Below, one piece after another: positions 39,638 to 49,125 of a stretch of DNA of 64,000 bases. This DNA is from Candidatus Saganbacteria bacterium (GTDB lineage: Bacteria; Margulisbacteria; WOR-1; XYC2-FULL-46-14; WPAF01), in contig JACRPM010000001.1 in the NCBI GenBank assembly GCA_016223205.1, positions 61,072 through 125,071 on the forward strand, written 5' to 3'. The notes below the pieces were generated by a model. That model saw nothing but the letters and a program-made list of their open reading frames with translations, did not search any database and was not told the DNA's origin. Positions within the stretch are counted from its first letter, which is position 1, and every line of letters begins with the position of its first letter. A program made the position numbers and the translations under genes.

Positions 39638-40910
39638 AAGATCTTTAGAATTATATGAAAAAGCGATCAAGATCATTCCCTCCGCCACCCAGACGTTCAG
39701 TAAGGGGGCCCTGCAATATCCCTTCGGCGCCGCCCCGATCTTTTTAAAGAATGGGAAAGGGAGCCATGTGTGGGACCTGGATGGTAATGAGTTTATAGAT
39801 TATCCGATGGGACTCGGAGCGATCACCCTCGGGCACGCTTATCCCAAAGTCGATCAGGCAATAATTCGGCAGCTTGGATCGGGCATCTCCTATTCTTTGC
39901 CGCATCCTTTGGAGACACAACTAGCCGAGCTCCTTATCGAAATAATCCCTTGCGCCGAGATGGCGCGGTTTGGCAAGAATGGTTCCGATGCGACGGCTGG
40001 GGCGGTTCGCGCGGCCAGGGCGTATACCGGAAGAGATAAGATCGCCTGTTGTGGTTATCATGGCTGGCAGGATTGGTATATCGGGACCACCACCAGGAGC
40101 GCGGGCGTACCGCAGGCGGTGAGTGAATTGACCCTGACTTTCAATTATAATGATATCGACAGTTTAAAAAATGTGTTTGCCGAAAACGACGGGCAGATCG
40201 CCGCAGTGATCATGGAGCCGATAGGGATCATCGAGCCAAAAGATAATTTTCTTCAACAGGTAAAAGGCCTTGCCCATAAGAACGGCGCGTTATTGATATT
40301 CGACGAAGTAGTGACCGGTTTTCGGATGAGCCTGGGCGGCGCGCAGCAATATTACAAGGTGATCCCCGACCTGGCGTGTGTCGGAAAAGGGATGGGCAAT
40401 GGGATGCCGATCTCCTGCGTGGTCGGCAAAAAAGAAATAATGGCGATATTCGACGAGGTTTTCTATTCTTTCACTTTTGGGGGCGAGTGCCTGTCATTGG
40501 CGGCTTCGATTGCGACAGTACGCGAAATGATCGATAAGGATGTTATTAAGGGGATATGGGCCAAAGGGAAGAAGCTGCAGGACGGCTTCAATGATCTGGC
40601 CAAAGCTTTGAACATGGCGCGTATAGCTCGCTGCGTCGGCCTCCCTCCGCATACCGTCATAACCTACGATGACCTGGGGGGTATCGATCCGCTCTTGGTC
40701 AGGACCTTATTCCAGCAGGAAGCGCTAAAAAGGGGCGTTCTGGCTATCGGGGTCCATAACACCTGTTATTCGCATTCCGACGACGATGTCGCCAGTACCT
40801 TAAAGGCGTATGATGAAACGCTTCAGATCATAAAGGAAGCCCTAAAGGACGGCGATATTCACAGGTTTTTAAAAGGGAAGCCGGTCCAGGCGGTATTTCG
40901 CAAACCATGA
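39627..40910 (+). CDS. Class III PLP aminotransferase (GSA-aminomutase-like)
   Basis: WDLDGNEFID, KNGSDAT, GYHGW, FDEVVTGFR and GKGMGNG; start 39627. Confidence 0.85.
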   Translation: MEFKRSLELYEKAIKIIPSATQTFSKGALQYPFGAAPIFLKNGKGSHVWDLDGNEFIDYPMGLGAITLGHAYPKVDQAIIRQLGSGISYSLPHPLETQLAELLIEIIPCAEMARFGKNGSDATAGAVRAARAYTGRDKIACCGYHGWQDWYIGTTTRSAGVPQAVSELTLTFNYNDIDSLKNVFAENDGQIAAVIMEPIGIIEPKDNFLQQVKGLAHKNGALLIFDEVVTGFRMSLGGAQQYYKVIPDLACVGKGMGNGMPISCVVGKKEIMAIFDEVFYSFTFGGECLSLAASIATVREMIDKDVIKGIWAKGKKLQDGFNDLAKALNMARIARCVGLPPHTVITYDDLGGIDPLLVRTLFQQEALKRGVLAIGVHNTCYSHSDDDVASTLKAYDETLQIIKEALKDGDIHRFLKGKPVQAVFRKP

Positions 40911-40920
40911 GGAGTAAAAA

Positions 40921-42057
40921 ATGATTTATCAGATATTCCTGCCTAAGTTCGGGGCGAACATTGAATCGGGGACGGTCGTTGAATGGCTGAAGAAAGAGAA
41001 CGAGCCGGTGACCAAAGGACAAACGATCGCCCTGATCGAGACCTCAAAAGCGGTCTTTGAATTGGAAGCGGAGGAATCCGGGACGCTTAAAAAAATCCTG
41101 GCCGGCGAAGGGGAGGAAGTTGCTTTTAATCAGACCATAGGCATTATTGCCGGGGCCGAAGATGATATTACGGAAACGTTAGCCGCGATCAGGGCCAAGA
41201 AAACCGACCGTTCCGCGGAATTCGTCAGGGAAATGGACCGGGGAGTTTTTGACGCGAAGCCGGCGGGGCAAAATATCAGCGAGCGAAAAATGACCCCGGC
41301 CGCCCGCAGGCTTGTAAGGGAAAATAAAATAGGTAAAGACGTTTTAAGCGGGACCCAAAAAGATGTGATCGAGGAAAAAGATATTTTAGCGCTGGCCGGC
41401 GCCGGCCAGGTTTATATTTACGGGGCTTCGACCGGGTGCAAACAGATCATGGAGATATTGAAAAGCGGGCGTAAATATAAGGTCCTGGGAATTATAGACG
41501 ATAATGCTGAATTCCACGGCCGGCGCATAGAAAACTATGAGGTCATGGGCGGGTTTGATTGGTTGAAAAAGAAATATGAAGAAAACCCCGATTTTGGCGT
41601 AATGATCGCGTCGCACTCCACCAACCGGGAAAAGATCTATGATCGGATCAAAGAAAATATGCCGGACTTGAAGCTGCCGCCGATCATTGATGAAAGGGCT
41701 ATTTTGCTGTCGGGAGTGAAGGTGGGGGAAAGCAGTTTGATCGAGGCGGGGGTCATTCTGGGTCAGGAAGTGGAAATCGGGAAGAATGTCATCTTGAATT
41801 TGGGGGTAAAGATCTCTCATAACAGCGTGGTCGGCGACCACTCTCATGTGGCGCTGGGGGTTAGCATGTCGGCGGCGGTCGTCGTAGGTAAAAACGTGTT
41901 TATCGGGGCGGGTGCGGCGATAAATCCGGCGGTTTCTATCGGTGAAAATTCGATGATCTCTCCGGCCACCGCGGTTTTGCATGATATTCCGGAAAATGTC
42001 ATCGTCAACGGCGTGCCGGGAAAGATAGTGGGGGAAAGCAAGCGTGGCAAACAATAA
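40921..42057 (+). CDS. Lipoyl domain + PSBD fused to a PglD/NeuD-type hexapeptide sugar acyltransferase
   Basis: aa 1-80 lipoyl fold (IETSK43AVFELEAEESG); aa ~123-156 PSBD-like (TPAARRLVRENKI); aa ~161-378 IYGA..GIIDD Rossmann lobe plus LbH with H300/H309. Confidence 0.85.
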   Translation: MIYQIFLPKFGANIESGTVVEWLKKENEPVTKGQTIALIETSKAVFELEAEESGTLKKILAGEGEEVAFNQTIGIIAGAEDDITETLAAIRAKKTDRSAEFVREMDRGVFDAKPAGQNISERKMTPAARRLVRENKIGKDVLSGTQKDVIEEKDILALAGAGQVYIYGASTGCKQIMEILKSGRKYKVLGIIDDNAEFHGRRIENYEVMGGFDWLKKKYEENPDFGVMIASHSTNREKIYDRIKENMPDLKLPPIIDERAILLSGVKVGESSLIEAGVILGQEVEIGKNVILNLGVKISHNSVVGDHSHVALGVSMSAAVVVGKNVFIGAGAAINPAVSIGENSMISPATAVLHDIPENVIVNGVPGKIVGESKRGKQ

Positions 42058-43009
42058 TCTTGATCAACTGATCAACTTCTATAAGTTGATGCTGAAGGTC
42101 CGTATTTTTGAAGAGAAAATAGATTGGCTGTTTTCCCGGGGCCTGCTCGGCGGGACGAGCCATATGTGTATCGGGCAGGAGGCGGTGGCGGCGGGTATTT
42201 CGGCTAATTTGAATTTGGACGATTATGTGATCAGTTCTCACCGCGGCCACGGCCACTTGATCGCCAAAGGGGGCGAGGTCCGGAAGATCTTTTCCGAGTT
42301 GATGGGCAAGGTCGACGGTTACTGCCAGGGCAAGGGCGGCACACAGCATCTTTGCGCGAAAGAGATCGGTTTTTATGGGACCAATGGGATCGTCGGCGGC
42401 GGCATTCCGGTCGCCACCGGGATCGCGCTGTCGATAAAGCTGCGCCGGAGCCGGCAGGTCGCGGTTGTCTTCTTCGGCGATGGGGCGACTAACCAGGGGA
42501 CTTTCCATGAATCGCTGAACATGGCTTCGATCTGGGGCCTGCCGATCTTATTCGTTTGCGAGAACAATCTCTACGGCATGTCCGCGCCGGTGAGTAAAAT
42601 GACCAATATAAAAGATCTCGCGCGGCGAGCGGATGCCTACAATATAAAAAGCCATATTGTCGATGGCATGGATGTGGAGGCGGTTTTTGCCCGGTCCGGG
42701 GAAGCGCTCAACTACATCCGGGACTCGCAGAAGCCGTGTTTTATTGAAGCGAAGACCTACCGGCATTGCGGACATTCGAAAAGCGATGCCCGGGTTTACC
42801 GGACCAAAGAGGAAGAAAAATGCTGGCGGGAAAAGGATTGCCTGGACGTTTTAAAAACTCGCTTGATCTCCCTGGGATTTGCGGCGGAGCAAATGGACAA
42901 GATCAAGGCTGAGACGGAACAGGAGATCGAAGCCGCTTGGAAATTAAGCGAAAAAAGCGAAGATACGCCGCTGTCCTTGGGGCTCAAAGGGGTATACAAA
43001 GATGGCTAG
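42044..43009 (+). CDS. ThDP-dependent dehydrogenase E1 alpha subunit (PdhA/AcoA-like)
   Basis: HMCIGQEA, SHRGHGH, GIVGGG, GDGATNQG...CENN and RHCGHS. Confidence 0.92.
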   Translation: MANNNLDQLINFYKLMLKVRIFEEKIDWLFSRGLLGGTSHMCIGQEAVAAGISANLNLDDYVISSHRGHGHLIAKGGEVRKIFSELMGKVDGYCQGKGGTQHLCAKEIGFYGTNGIVGGGIPVATGIALSIKLRRSRQVAVVFFGDGATNQGTFHESLNMASIWGLPILFVCENNLYGMSAPVSKMTNIKDLARRADAYNIKSHIVDGMDVEAVFARSGEALNYIRDSQKPCFIEAKTYRHCGHSKSDARVYRTKEEEKCWREKDCLDVLKTRLISLGFAAEQMDKIKAETEQEIEAAWKLSEKSEDTPLSLGLKGVYKDG

Positions 43010-43988
43010 GCTCATTACTTACCGGGAAGCGATCCGGGAAGCGATCGCCGAAGAAATGAGCGGGAATGACAAGGTCATTTTCCTGGGCGAGGATATCGGC
43101 GCGTATGGAGGAGCGTTCGGCGTGAGCAAAGGCTTGCTGGAACGGTTCGGGGCCGGACGGGTCATTGAGACCCCGATCTCCGAGAACAGCATTGTCGGGG
43201 TGGGTGTGGGCGCCGCCATGGCCGGATTCTGCCCGATCGTGGAGATCATGTTCATGGATTTTATCACCCTGGCGATGGACCAGATAGTTAATCATGCCGC
43301 CAAAATACATTATATTTACAGCGGACAGCTTAATGTCCCGCTGACCGTGCGGGTCCCGGCCGGGGCGGGAAAAGGGTATGGCGCCAGCCACTCGCAAAGT
43401 TTGGACTGCTGGTTCCTGAACGTTCCGGGCTTGAAAGTGGTGGCGCCGTCAAACCCGTACAGCGCCAAAGGCCTTTTGAAAAGCGCGATTAAGGACCCCA
43501 ATCCGGTCATTTTTATTGAAAATAAAATGCTTTATGACTTCAAGCAGGAAGTTCCGGAAGAACCGTATTATTTGGAGATCGGGAAGGCGGAAACGCTGTT
43601 GGCGGGGACCGATGTTTCGCTGATCTCGTACGGGCGGGCCCTGCATCTTTCTTTGGCAGCGGCTAAAATAGCGAAAGAAGCGGGCATTTCCGTTGAATTG
43701 ATCGATCTGGCCACCTTAAAACCGCTGGATACCGGGACCATTATAAATTCCGTTAAGAAGACCGGGAAAGCGGTAATTGTTGAGGAAGGGCATAAAACTT
43801 CCGGCGTGGGAGCCGAGATCGCGGCTTTGATCTCGGAGGAATGTCTGGAGTATATGAACGGGAAAGTGGTCAGGGTCGCGGCGGAAGAGTGTCCGATCCC
43901 TTCAGCGCAAAAACTCGAGGCAGCGATCCTGCCGAGTGTAGAAAAGATCACCGCGGCGATAAAAAAGGCTTGTTTTAGCTATGAATGA
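43002..43988 (+). CDS. ThDP-dependent dehydrogenase E1 beta subunit (PdhB/AcoB-like)
   Basis: GEDIG, ETPISE, EIMFMDF, HSQS and PGLKVVAPS. Confidence 0.92.
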   Translation: MARLITYREAIREAIAEEMSGNDKVIFLGEDIGAYGGAFGVSKGLLERFGAGRVIETPISENSIVGVGVGAAMAGFCPIVEIMFMDFITLAMDQIVNHAAKIHYIYSGQLNVPLTVRVPAGAGKGYGASHSQSLDCWFLNVPGLKVVAPSNPYSAKGLLKSAIKDPNPVIFIENKMLYDFKQEVPEEPYYLEIGKAETLLAGTDVSLISYGRALHLSLAAAKIAKEAGISVELIDLATLKPLDTGTIINSVKKTGKAVIVEEGHKTSGVGAEIAALISEECLEYMNGKVVRVAAEECPIPSAQKLEAAILPSVEKITAAIKKACFSYE

Positions 43989-44718
43989 CAAAAAGGTCAT
44001 CTTGACGGCGCATCAGCCGGTCTATCTGCCGTGGCTGGGATTGTTTCACAAGATCTCCCTGGCTGACATGTTCGTCTATTTTGACGATGTCCAATACCAG
44101 ACAAAAGATTGGAACAATCGGAATAAGATCAAGGCCGATCAGGGGGATATCTGGCTGACCGTTCCGGTGTTCAATAAGGACCATTATCAAATTAAATTAA
44201 AGGACGTTGTGATCGACAACAAGCAGCCGTGGGCCAGAAAACATTTTAAATCGATATATATCGCGTACAAGAAGGCCAAATATTTTGACAAGCAGATCGG
44301 CTTCTTTGAGGACATGTACAGCAAAAAATGGGAGAAGCTGGCGGACCTGAATGAATATATGTTAAAACATTTTATGAAAGTACTGGGAATCGAGGTTCCG
44401 TTCTTTAAGCTCTCGGATTACGGTTTTACTTCCAGCAAATCTGAGCTGGTCCTGGAGATGTGCAAGAAAATGGGGGCGGACTTGTATATTTTTGGGGCGC
44501 AAGGCAAGAATTATGCGGATATCGAGGCTTTTAAAAATGCGGGCATAGGCGTTTATTTCCAGGATTACCAGCACCCGGTTTACGGGCAGCTTCACGGGCA
44601 GGAATTCAACTCATTCCTTTCGATCGTCGACCTGCTTTTTAATCACGGGGAAGAGAGCCTGGGTATAATTCAGTCGGGCAATATAACCAAAGAAGAATTG
44701 TTGAGGAGTATGATCTGA
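43981..44718 (+). CDS. WbqC-family protein (putative aminoacyl transferase)
   Basis: AHQPVYLPWLGLF, DDVQY..W.NRNKI, WLTVPV and LSIVDLLFN. Confidence 0.88.
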   Translation: MNDKKVILTAHQPVYLPWLGLFHKISLADMFVYFDDVQYQTKDWNNRNKIKADQGDIWLTVPVFNKDHYQIKLKDVVIDNKQPWARKHFKSIYIAYKKAKYFDKQIGFFEDMYSKKWEKLADLNEYMLKHFMKVLGIEVPFFKLSDYGFTSSKSELVLEMCKKMGADLYIFGAQGKNYADIEAFKNAGIGVYFQDYQHPVYGQLHGQEFNSFLSIVDLLFNHGEESLGIIQSGNITKEELLRSMI

Positions 44719-44720
44719 AG

Positions 44721-45779
44721 ATGAAAAACAAGACGATAAAGATCGGGAAAAAGACAATTGGGAGCGGGCAGCCCTGCTATTTTATTTCCGAGATCGGCAA
44801 TAATCACGGGGTGGATCTGAAATTGGCGAAGCGATTGATAAAGGCTTCTGCTGAAGCGGGTACGGACGCCGTGAAGTTCCAGACGTTCCGGGCCCTGGAT
44901 ATTGTCAACCCAAACGTGACCGCCAAATCTTGTGCTTCAACTGGTTGGGACGTGTCCGACCGGTTCGATTACTGGTACCAGTTTGTCGAAACTTTAGTGA
45001 TGCCTTATGAGTGGTATGATGAATTGATCGCCTACACCCGGAGCTTGGGAATGGCTTTCATATCAACGCCGGCCAGCCTGGAGGCCGCCCATTTTCTGGC
45101 CAAGAAGAAAGTGGACGCCCTCAAGATCGCTTCCATGGACCTTAACAACATCCCTTTCCTGAAGGAAGTCGATAAGCTCGGTTTGCCGGTGATCCTCTCG
45201 ACCGGCATGGCAACAGCGGAGGAGATCGGCGAGGCTGTCAGTGCTATAAAAAGATCACCCCTGGCTTTGCTCCATTGCGTTTCTAATTATCCGTTAAGAC
45301 CGGAAGACGCAAATTTAATGAACATCAAGATGCTGCAAGACCGGTTTTCTCTCCCGGTCGGGTTTTCCAACCATGCTCTGGGTGATGAGCTTGATATCGT
45401 GGCGGTTGGTTTAGGCGCCGGCATAATTGAAAAACATTTTACGTTCGACCGTAAAGACCCCAGAATCGCCGAACATCATTTTTCCATGCTCCCGGCAGAA
45501 ATGAAAGAAATGGTCGGGAAAGTCAGGCTGATCGAAAAAGCCTTGGGGAATTATCACAGGACCATGACGGAAAGCGAATTGAGAACGAGAGATATTGCCA
45601 GAAGGAGCATTACGACAATAATAGAAGTAAAAAAAGGGGCGGTAATTAAAAAAGATGACCTGGGGTTCATACGGCCCGGCACGGGGATCGAGCCGAAGCA
45701 TATAAAAGAGATCATCGGCAAGCGAGCGCGGAGAACTATAAAAAATTATCAGTTAATAAAATGGGAGGATTTGATTTAA
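44721..45779 (+). CDS. pseI: Nonulosonate synthase (NeuB/PseI family) with SAF domain
   Basis: ISEIGNNHG, VKFQTF, KIASMD, LSTGMA, LHCVSNYP, GFSNH and IEKHFT; co-located with pseB/C/G. Confidence 0.8.
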   Translation: MKNKTIKIGKKTIGSGQPCYFISEIGNNHGVDLKLAKRLIKASAEAGTDAVKFQTFRALDIVNPNVTAKSCASTGWDVSDRFDYWYQFVETLVMPYEWYDELIAYTRSLGMAFISTPASLEAAHFLAKKKVDALKIASMDLNNIPFLKEVDKLGLPVILSTGMATAEEIGEAVSAIKRSPLALLHCVSNYPLRPEDANLMNIKMLQDRFSLPVGFSNHALGDELDIVAVGLGAGIIEKHFTFDRKDPRIAEHHFSMLPAEMKEMVGKVRLIEKALGNYHRTMTESELRTRDIARRSITTIIEVKKGAVIKKDDLGFIRPGTGIEPKHIKEIIGKRARRTIKNYQLIKWEDLI

Positions 45780-46715
45780 ATGAGCGACCTGCAAAAACAC
45801 GCGCACACTGAATCTCTCGTTAAGAATGGCTATAAAGTAATAAATTGTGAGTCGTGCGGTTTTTGGCATGTTTATCCGATCCCGAGCCGGGAAGTCTTGG
45901 ATGCGTATTACCGGGAACTTTATTATCAAGATAATAAGGAACTAGGTGGTGACATGAACGATAAAAACGACGATCCGGACGGTTATTATAGGATCAAATA
46001 TATGGATAAAATCAAAAACCTGGAGAGTTTAATGCCGGCCGGCGCAGAAAAAAGCATTTTGGACCTCGGGGCCGGATTTGGCGACTATCTTCAGTTCATG
46101 AAAGAAAACGGCTGGACCGTTCAAGGAGTGGAGCCTTCGGAGTATTGCTTGAAAACCAGTCGGCACAAAGATTGTAATGTCATCCTGGGAGGACTGGAAG
46201 ACCTTGATCAAATGGATCTAAAGAGATGCTCGGTCATTACCTTAAATACGGTGCTAGAACATTATACGCATCCGGAAGCGCTTTTGCTTTTTATTAAAGA
46301 AAAACTGATGGGCCCCGATACGGTCCTGCATATCGAGGTCCCCAACGATTTCAGTTCTTTGCAAAGCATCTACAATACTTTGATCAATCCCAAGCAATAT
46401 TGGGTCGGCCCTTTGTCGCATTTAAATTACTGGACGCATGAGACCCTGATAAAGATGGTCAAGAAACTCGGCTTTAAGGTCGAGATCGTGGAATCAACCT
46501 TCCCGCTGGAATTGATGGCGCTGTTGGGCGATGACTATGTCACCTATCCGGAAAAAGGCAGAGGGATGCATTTGAAGCGGGTGGCGCTGGAAAAGAGGTT
46601 CTATGAGACCGGGAATATCGAACTTAAACTTAAATTGTTCCGGGCCTTTGCGCAGATCGGGCTTGGTAGAGAAATCCTTTTGTATTTAAAAAAAGGCGTG
46701 AAATGGGCAACATGA
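45780..46715 (+). CDS. Class I SAM-dependent methyltransferase with N-terminal CxxC
   Basis: CESCG, ILDLGAGFG, GVEPS, VLEH and IEVPN. Confidence 0.85.
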   Translation: MSDLQKHAHTESLVKNGYKVINCESCGFWHVYPIPSREVLDAYYRELYYQDNKELGGDMNDKNDDPDGYYRIKYMDKIKNLESLMPAGAEKSILDLGAGFGDYLQFMKENGWTVQGVEPSEYCLKTSRHKDCNVILGGLEDLDQMDLKRCSVITLNTVLEHYTHPEALLLFIKEKLMGPDTVLHIEVPNDFSSLQSIYNTLINPKQYWVGPLSHLNYWTHETLIKMVKKLGFKVEIVESTFPLELMALLGDDYVTYPEKGRGMHLKRVALEKRFYETGNIELKLKLFRAFAQIGLGREILLYLKKGVKWAT

Positions 46716-46737
46716 TAATCAGGGAATGGAAGTTCAA

Positions 46738-47436
46738 ATGAAAGTCGCTATATTTTCTGATATACACTGCAATTTGCCCGCTTTTGAAAAAGTTATGGAA
46801 AAACTTATCGCGGAAAAAGCGGACCAATATATTTGTTGCGGGGATATATGCGGGTATTACTATTTTCAAAATGAGGTTATTGGCTTGCTGCTCGGCCTGA
46901 AAAATCTGATAGGCATAGCGGGTAACCATGATAAATTATTCCTGGATTGTTTAAGCGACGATAAATTGCTGGCAAGTTATTCCGAGAAATACGGCAACTC
47001 TTTTTATGCTCTAAAGGAAAAAGTCACTGCCCAAAGCCTGAAATATTTAAAGGGGCTGCCGGAGTCTTATATCGATCTGGAAAATGATTTTGCGGTTTTC
47101 CATGGGAGTCCCCGCGATCATCTTAATGGGTATATTTACCCTACGGATCCTTTGGCTGAATTTGCGGGTCTCCCGTATAAATACGTTTTTTTAGGCCATA
47201 CCCATTATCCTATGATGCGCGCGGTAGGCGATATTACGATCATTAATCCGGGCGCTTGCGGCCAGCCGAGAGATGGGGGGGCGCCTTCCTACGCGATCCT
47301 GGACACGGAGACCGGGAAAAGCGAGATAAAAAGGGTCGAATATAGCGCCCAATCCCTGATCGCTGAAATAGTAAAGCGTCAGGAAAAATACCGGTATTTG
47401 ATCTATGTCTTGGAAAGAAGGGGGCCCGCGCAATGA
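46738..47436 (+). CDS. Metallophosphoesterase (YfcE-like)
   Basis: SDIHCN, CGDICG, GNHD, HGSP, GHTH and NPGACGQPR. Confidence 0.87.
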   Translation: MKVAIFSDIHCNLPAFEKVMEKLIAEKADQYICCGDICGYYYFQNEVIGLLLGLKNLIGIAGNHDKLFLDCLSDDKLLASYSEKYGNSFYALKEKVTAQSLKYLKGLPESYIDLENDFAVFHGSPRDHLNGYIYPTDPLAEFAGLPYKYVFLGHTHYPMMRAVGDITIINPGACGQPRDGGAPSYAILDTETGKSEIKRVEYSAQSLIAEIVKRQEKYRYLIYVLERRGPAQ

Positions 47437-48395
47437 AAGAAATATCGATCTTGGTGACGGGAATAGGGGGGGATATCGGAGAGAACATTATAAAGTGCCT
47501 TGAGGAATCCGTCCGTACCTATTTAATGTTCGGTTGCGATATGGACCGATATCCCTCAGGGAAGAAAAGGGTTTCGGAGTATTTTCAGTCCCCTCCTGCC
47601 GGCAGGGGGAGCGAATATACTGATTTCTTGAAGGAAATTATTCAACGCAAGGAAATTGATTATGTCTTCCCGTCTTCGGAAGCGGAGATCGACTATTTCA
47701 ATAATAATCGCGGTTTATATGATGCTGGCAGAGCAAAGATCGTCATTAACAATAAATTGATACTGGATAATTTTCTCGACAAGTATAAGACCAGTGTCTT
47801 CCTGAATGGCCATGGATTCCCTTTTCCAAGGACGTTTTTAATAAATGAATATGGGGACGAGCTCACATACCCCTTTGTCCTGAAAAAGCGGAGAGGCTCC
47901 GGAAGCAAGATTGTGTTGATCATACGCGATCGCAAGGACATGGAGTTTTACAAGGAAAAATATCAAAATGAAGATCTGATCGTTCAGGAATATTTGGGGA
48001 ATGTGGATCAGGAATATACTGTCGGCGTATTTTCCGACGGCAATAATACTTATTCAATGGCTTTCAGACGCTACCTCTCTTCGGATGTCGGCATTACAAA
48101 ATATGCCGAGTTGGTGATCGATAAGGAGCTGGCCCAATTAAGTGAAAAAATAGCTGAATGCACGGATTTACGGGGATCATTGAATATTCAGGCCAGAAAG
48201 ACCGATCGGGGATATGTTCCGTTTGAAATTAACCCCCGCATATCGGGGACGGCTTTTGTCCGTCACCGGTTTGGTTTTAAGGATGTCCAGTGGTGGCTGG
48301 ACGCGTTCGAAAATAGGCCGATCTCGTATTCTCCCGCATATAAGCATGGGGTCGGGGTCCGGTCGATTTCAGAGGTTTTCTATGATATGTATTAA
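47433..48395 (+). CDS. ATP-grasp ligase
   Basis: ILVTGIGG, DKYKT, LKKRRGSGS, VQEYL and FEINPRISG. Confidence 0.85.
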   Translation: MKEISILVTGIGGDIGENIIKCLEESVRTYLMFGCDMDRYPSGKKRVSEYFQSPPAGRGSEYTDFLKEIIQRKEIDYVFPSSEAEIDYFNNNRGLYDAGRAKIVINNKLILDNFLDKYKTSVFLNGHGFPFPRTFLINEYGDELTYPFVLKKRRGSGSKIVLIIRDRKDMEFYKEKYQNEDLIVQEYLGNVDQEYTVGVFSDGNNTYSMAFRRYLSSDVGITKYAELVIDKELAQLSEKIAECTDLRGSLNIQARKTDRGYVPFEINPRISGTAFVRHRFGFKDVQWWLDAFENRPISYSPAYKHGVGVRSISEVFYDMY

Positions 48396-49125
48396 AAAGA
48401 TACTGGTGATCGCGGCCCATCCCGATGATGAAGTGTTTGGTTGCGGAGCGACGATCGCCAAACACACTAAAGCCGCCGCCGATGTCTTTTTGCTCGTTTT
48501 TGGCGACGGCGTTACCGCCAGAATTTTTCAGTCGGGGGTTTCGAGGGAGAAAGAGCTCAAAACGGCTTCAGCGACAATAGAGAGAAGGCAGCGAGAGCTG
48601 CACCGCGCGGCCGGTATCCTGGGGATCAAACCAGAGAGGATCAAGTATTGTGGTTATCCCGATCAGCGGTTTGACGCGGTTCCGATATTGGATATTATAA
48701 AGGAAATTGAAGCGATAAAAAGTGATTTTGCCCCGGAGATCGTTTATACCCATCACTGGGGGGATTTGAACCGGGACCACCGGGTCGTCTACGAGGCGAC
48801 CGTAACCGCCTTTCGGCCGAAATATGGCAGCAAAACAAGCGCGGAAATACTATGCTATGAAATACCGGGCAATATGGATATTTTACAGCCCTTGTCTGCT
48901 AACCGCTTTAAGCCGGATGTTTTGGTCGATGCTGGCGACACGTTCGACATTAAGATGGAAGCCGTGAAGGCATATGCAAGTGAATTGAATGCGGCCGGGC
49001 CGTTATCGGTTGAAGGGCTGATCGCCCAGGGAAAGAAAAGGGCCGGGAAAACAAAATATAAGATGGTCGAGGCTTTTGTTGGGTGCGCCGCGACCAAAGG
49101 AGGGATTTATGGAAAAACATTTTAG
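48382..49125 (+). CDS. PIG-L/LmbE family de-N-acetylase
   Basis: AHPDDE, DQRFD and THHWGDLNRDH; start 48382. Confidence 0.88.
   Translation: MICIKKILVIAAHPDDEVFGCGATIAKHTKAAADVFLLVFGDGVTARIFQSGVSREKELKTASATIERRQRELHRAAGILGIKPERIKYCGYPDQRFDAVPILDIIKEIEAIKSDFAPEIVYTHHWGDLNRDHRVVYEATVTAFRPKYGSKTSAEILCYEIPGNMDILQPLSANRFKPDVLVDAGDTFDIKMEAVKAYASELNAAGPLSVEGLIAQGKKRAGKTKYKMVEAFVGCAATKGGIYGKTF

Noticed and set aside
40921-41160. Biotin carboxyl carrier reading of the N-terminal domain
   Set aside because: The motif is ETSKA rather than AMKM, and it is followed by a PSBD and E1 genes, which fits lipoyl.
44252-44263. CGATATATATCG palindrome resembling the orphan -10 motif
   Set aside because: It lies inside the wbqC-like CDS and lacks TGAAAT at the 16-nt spacing on either strand.
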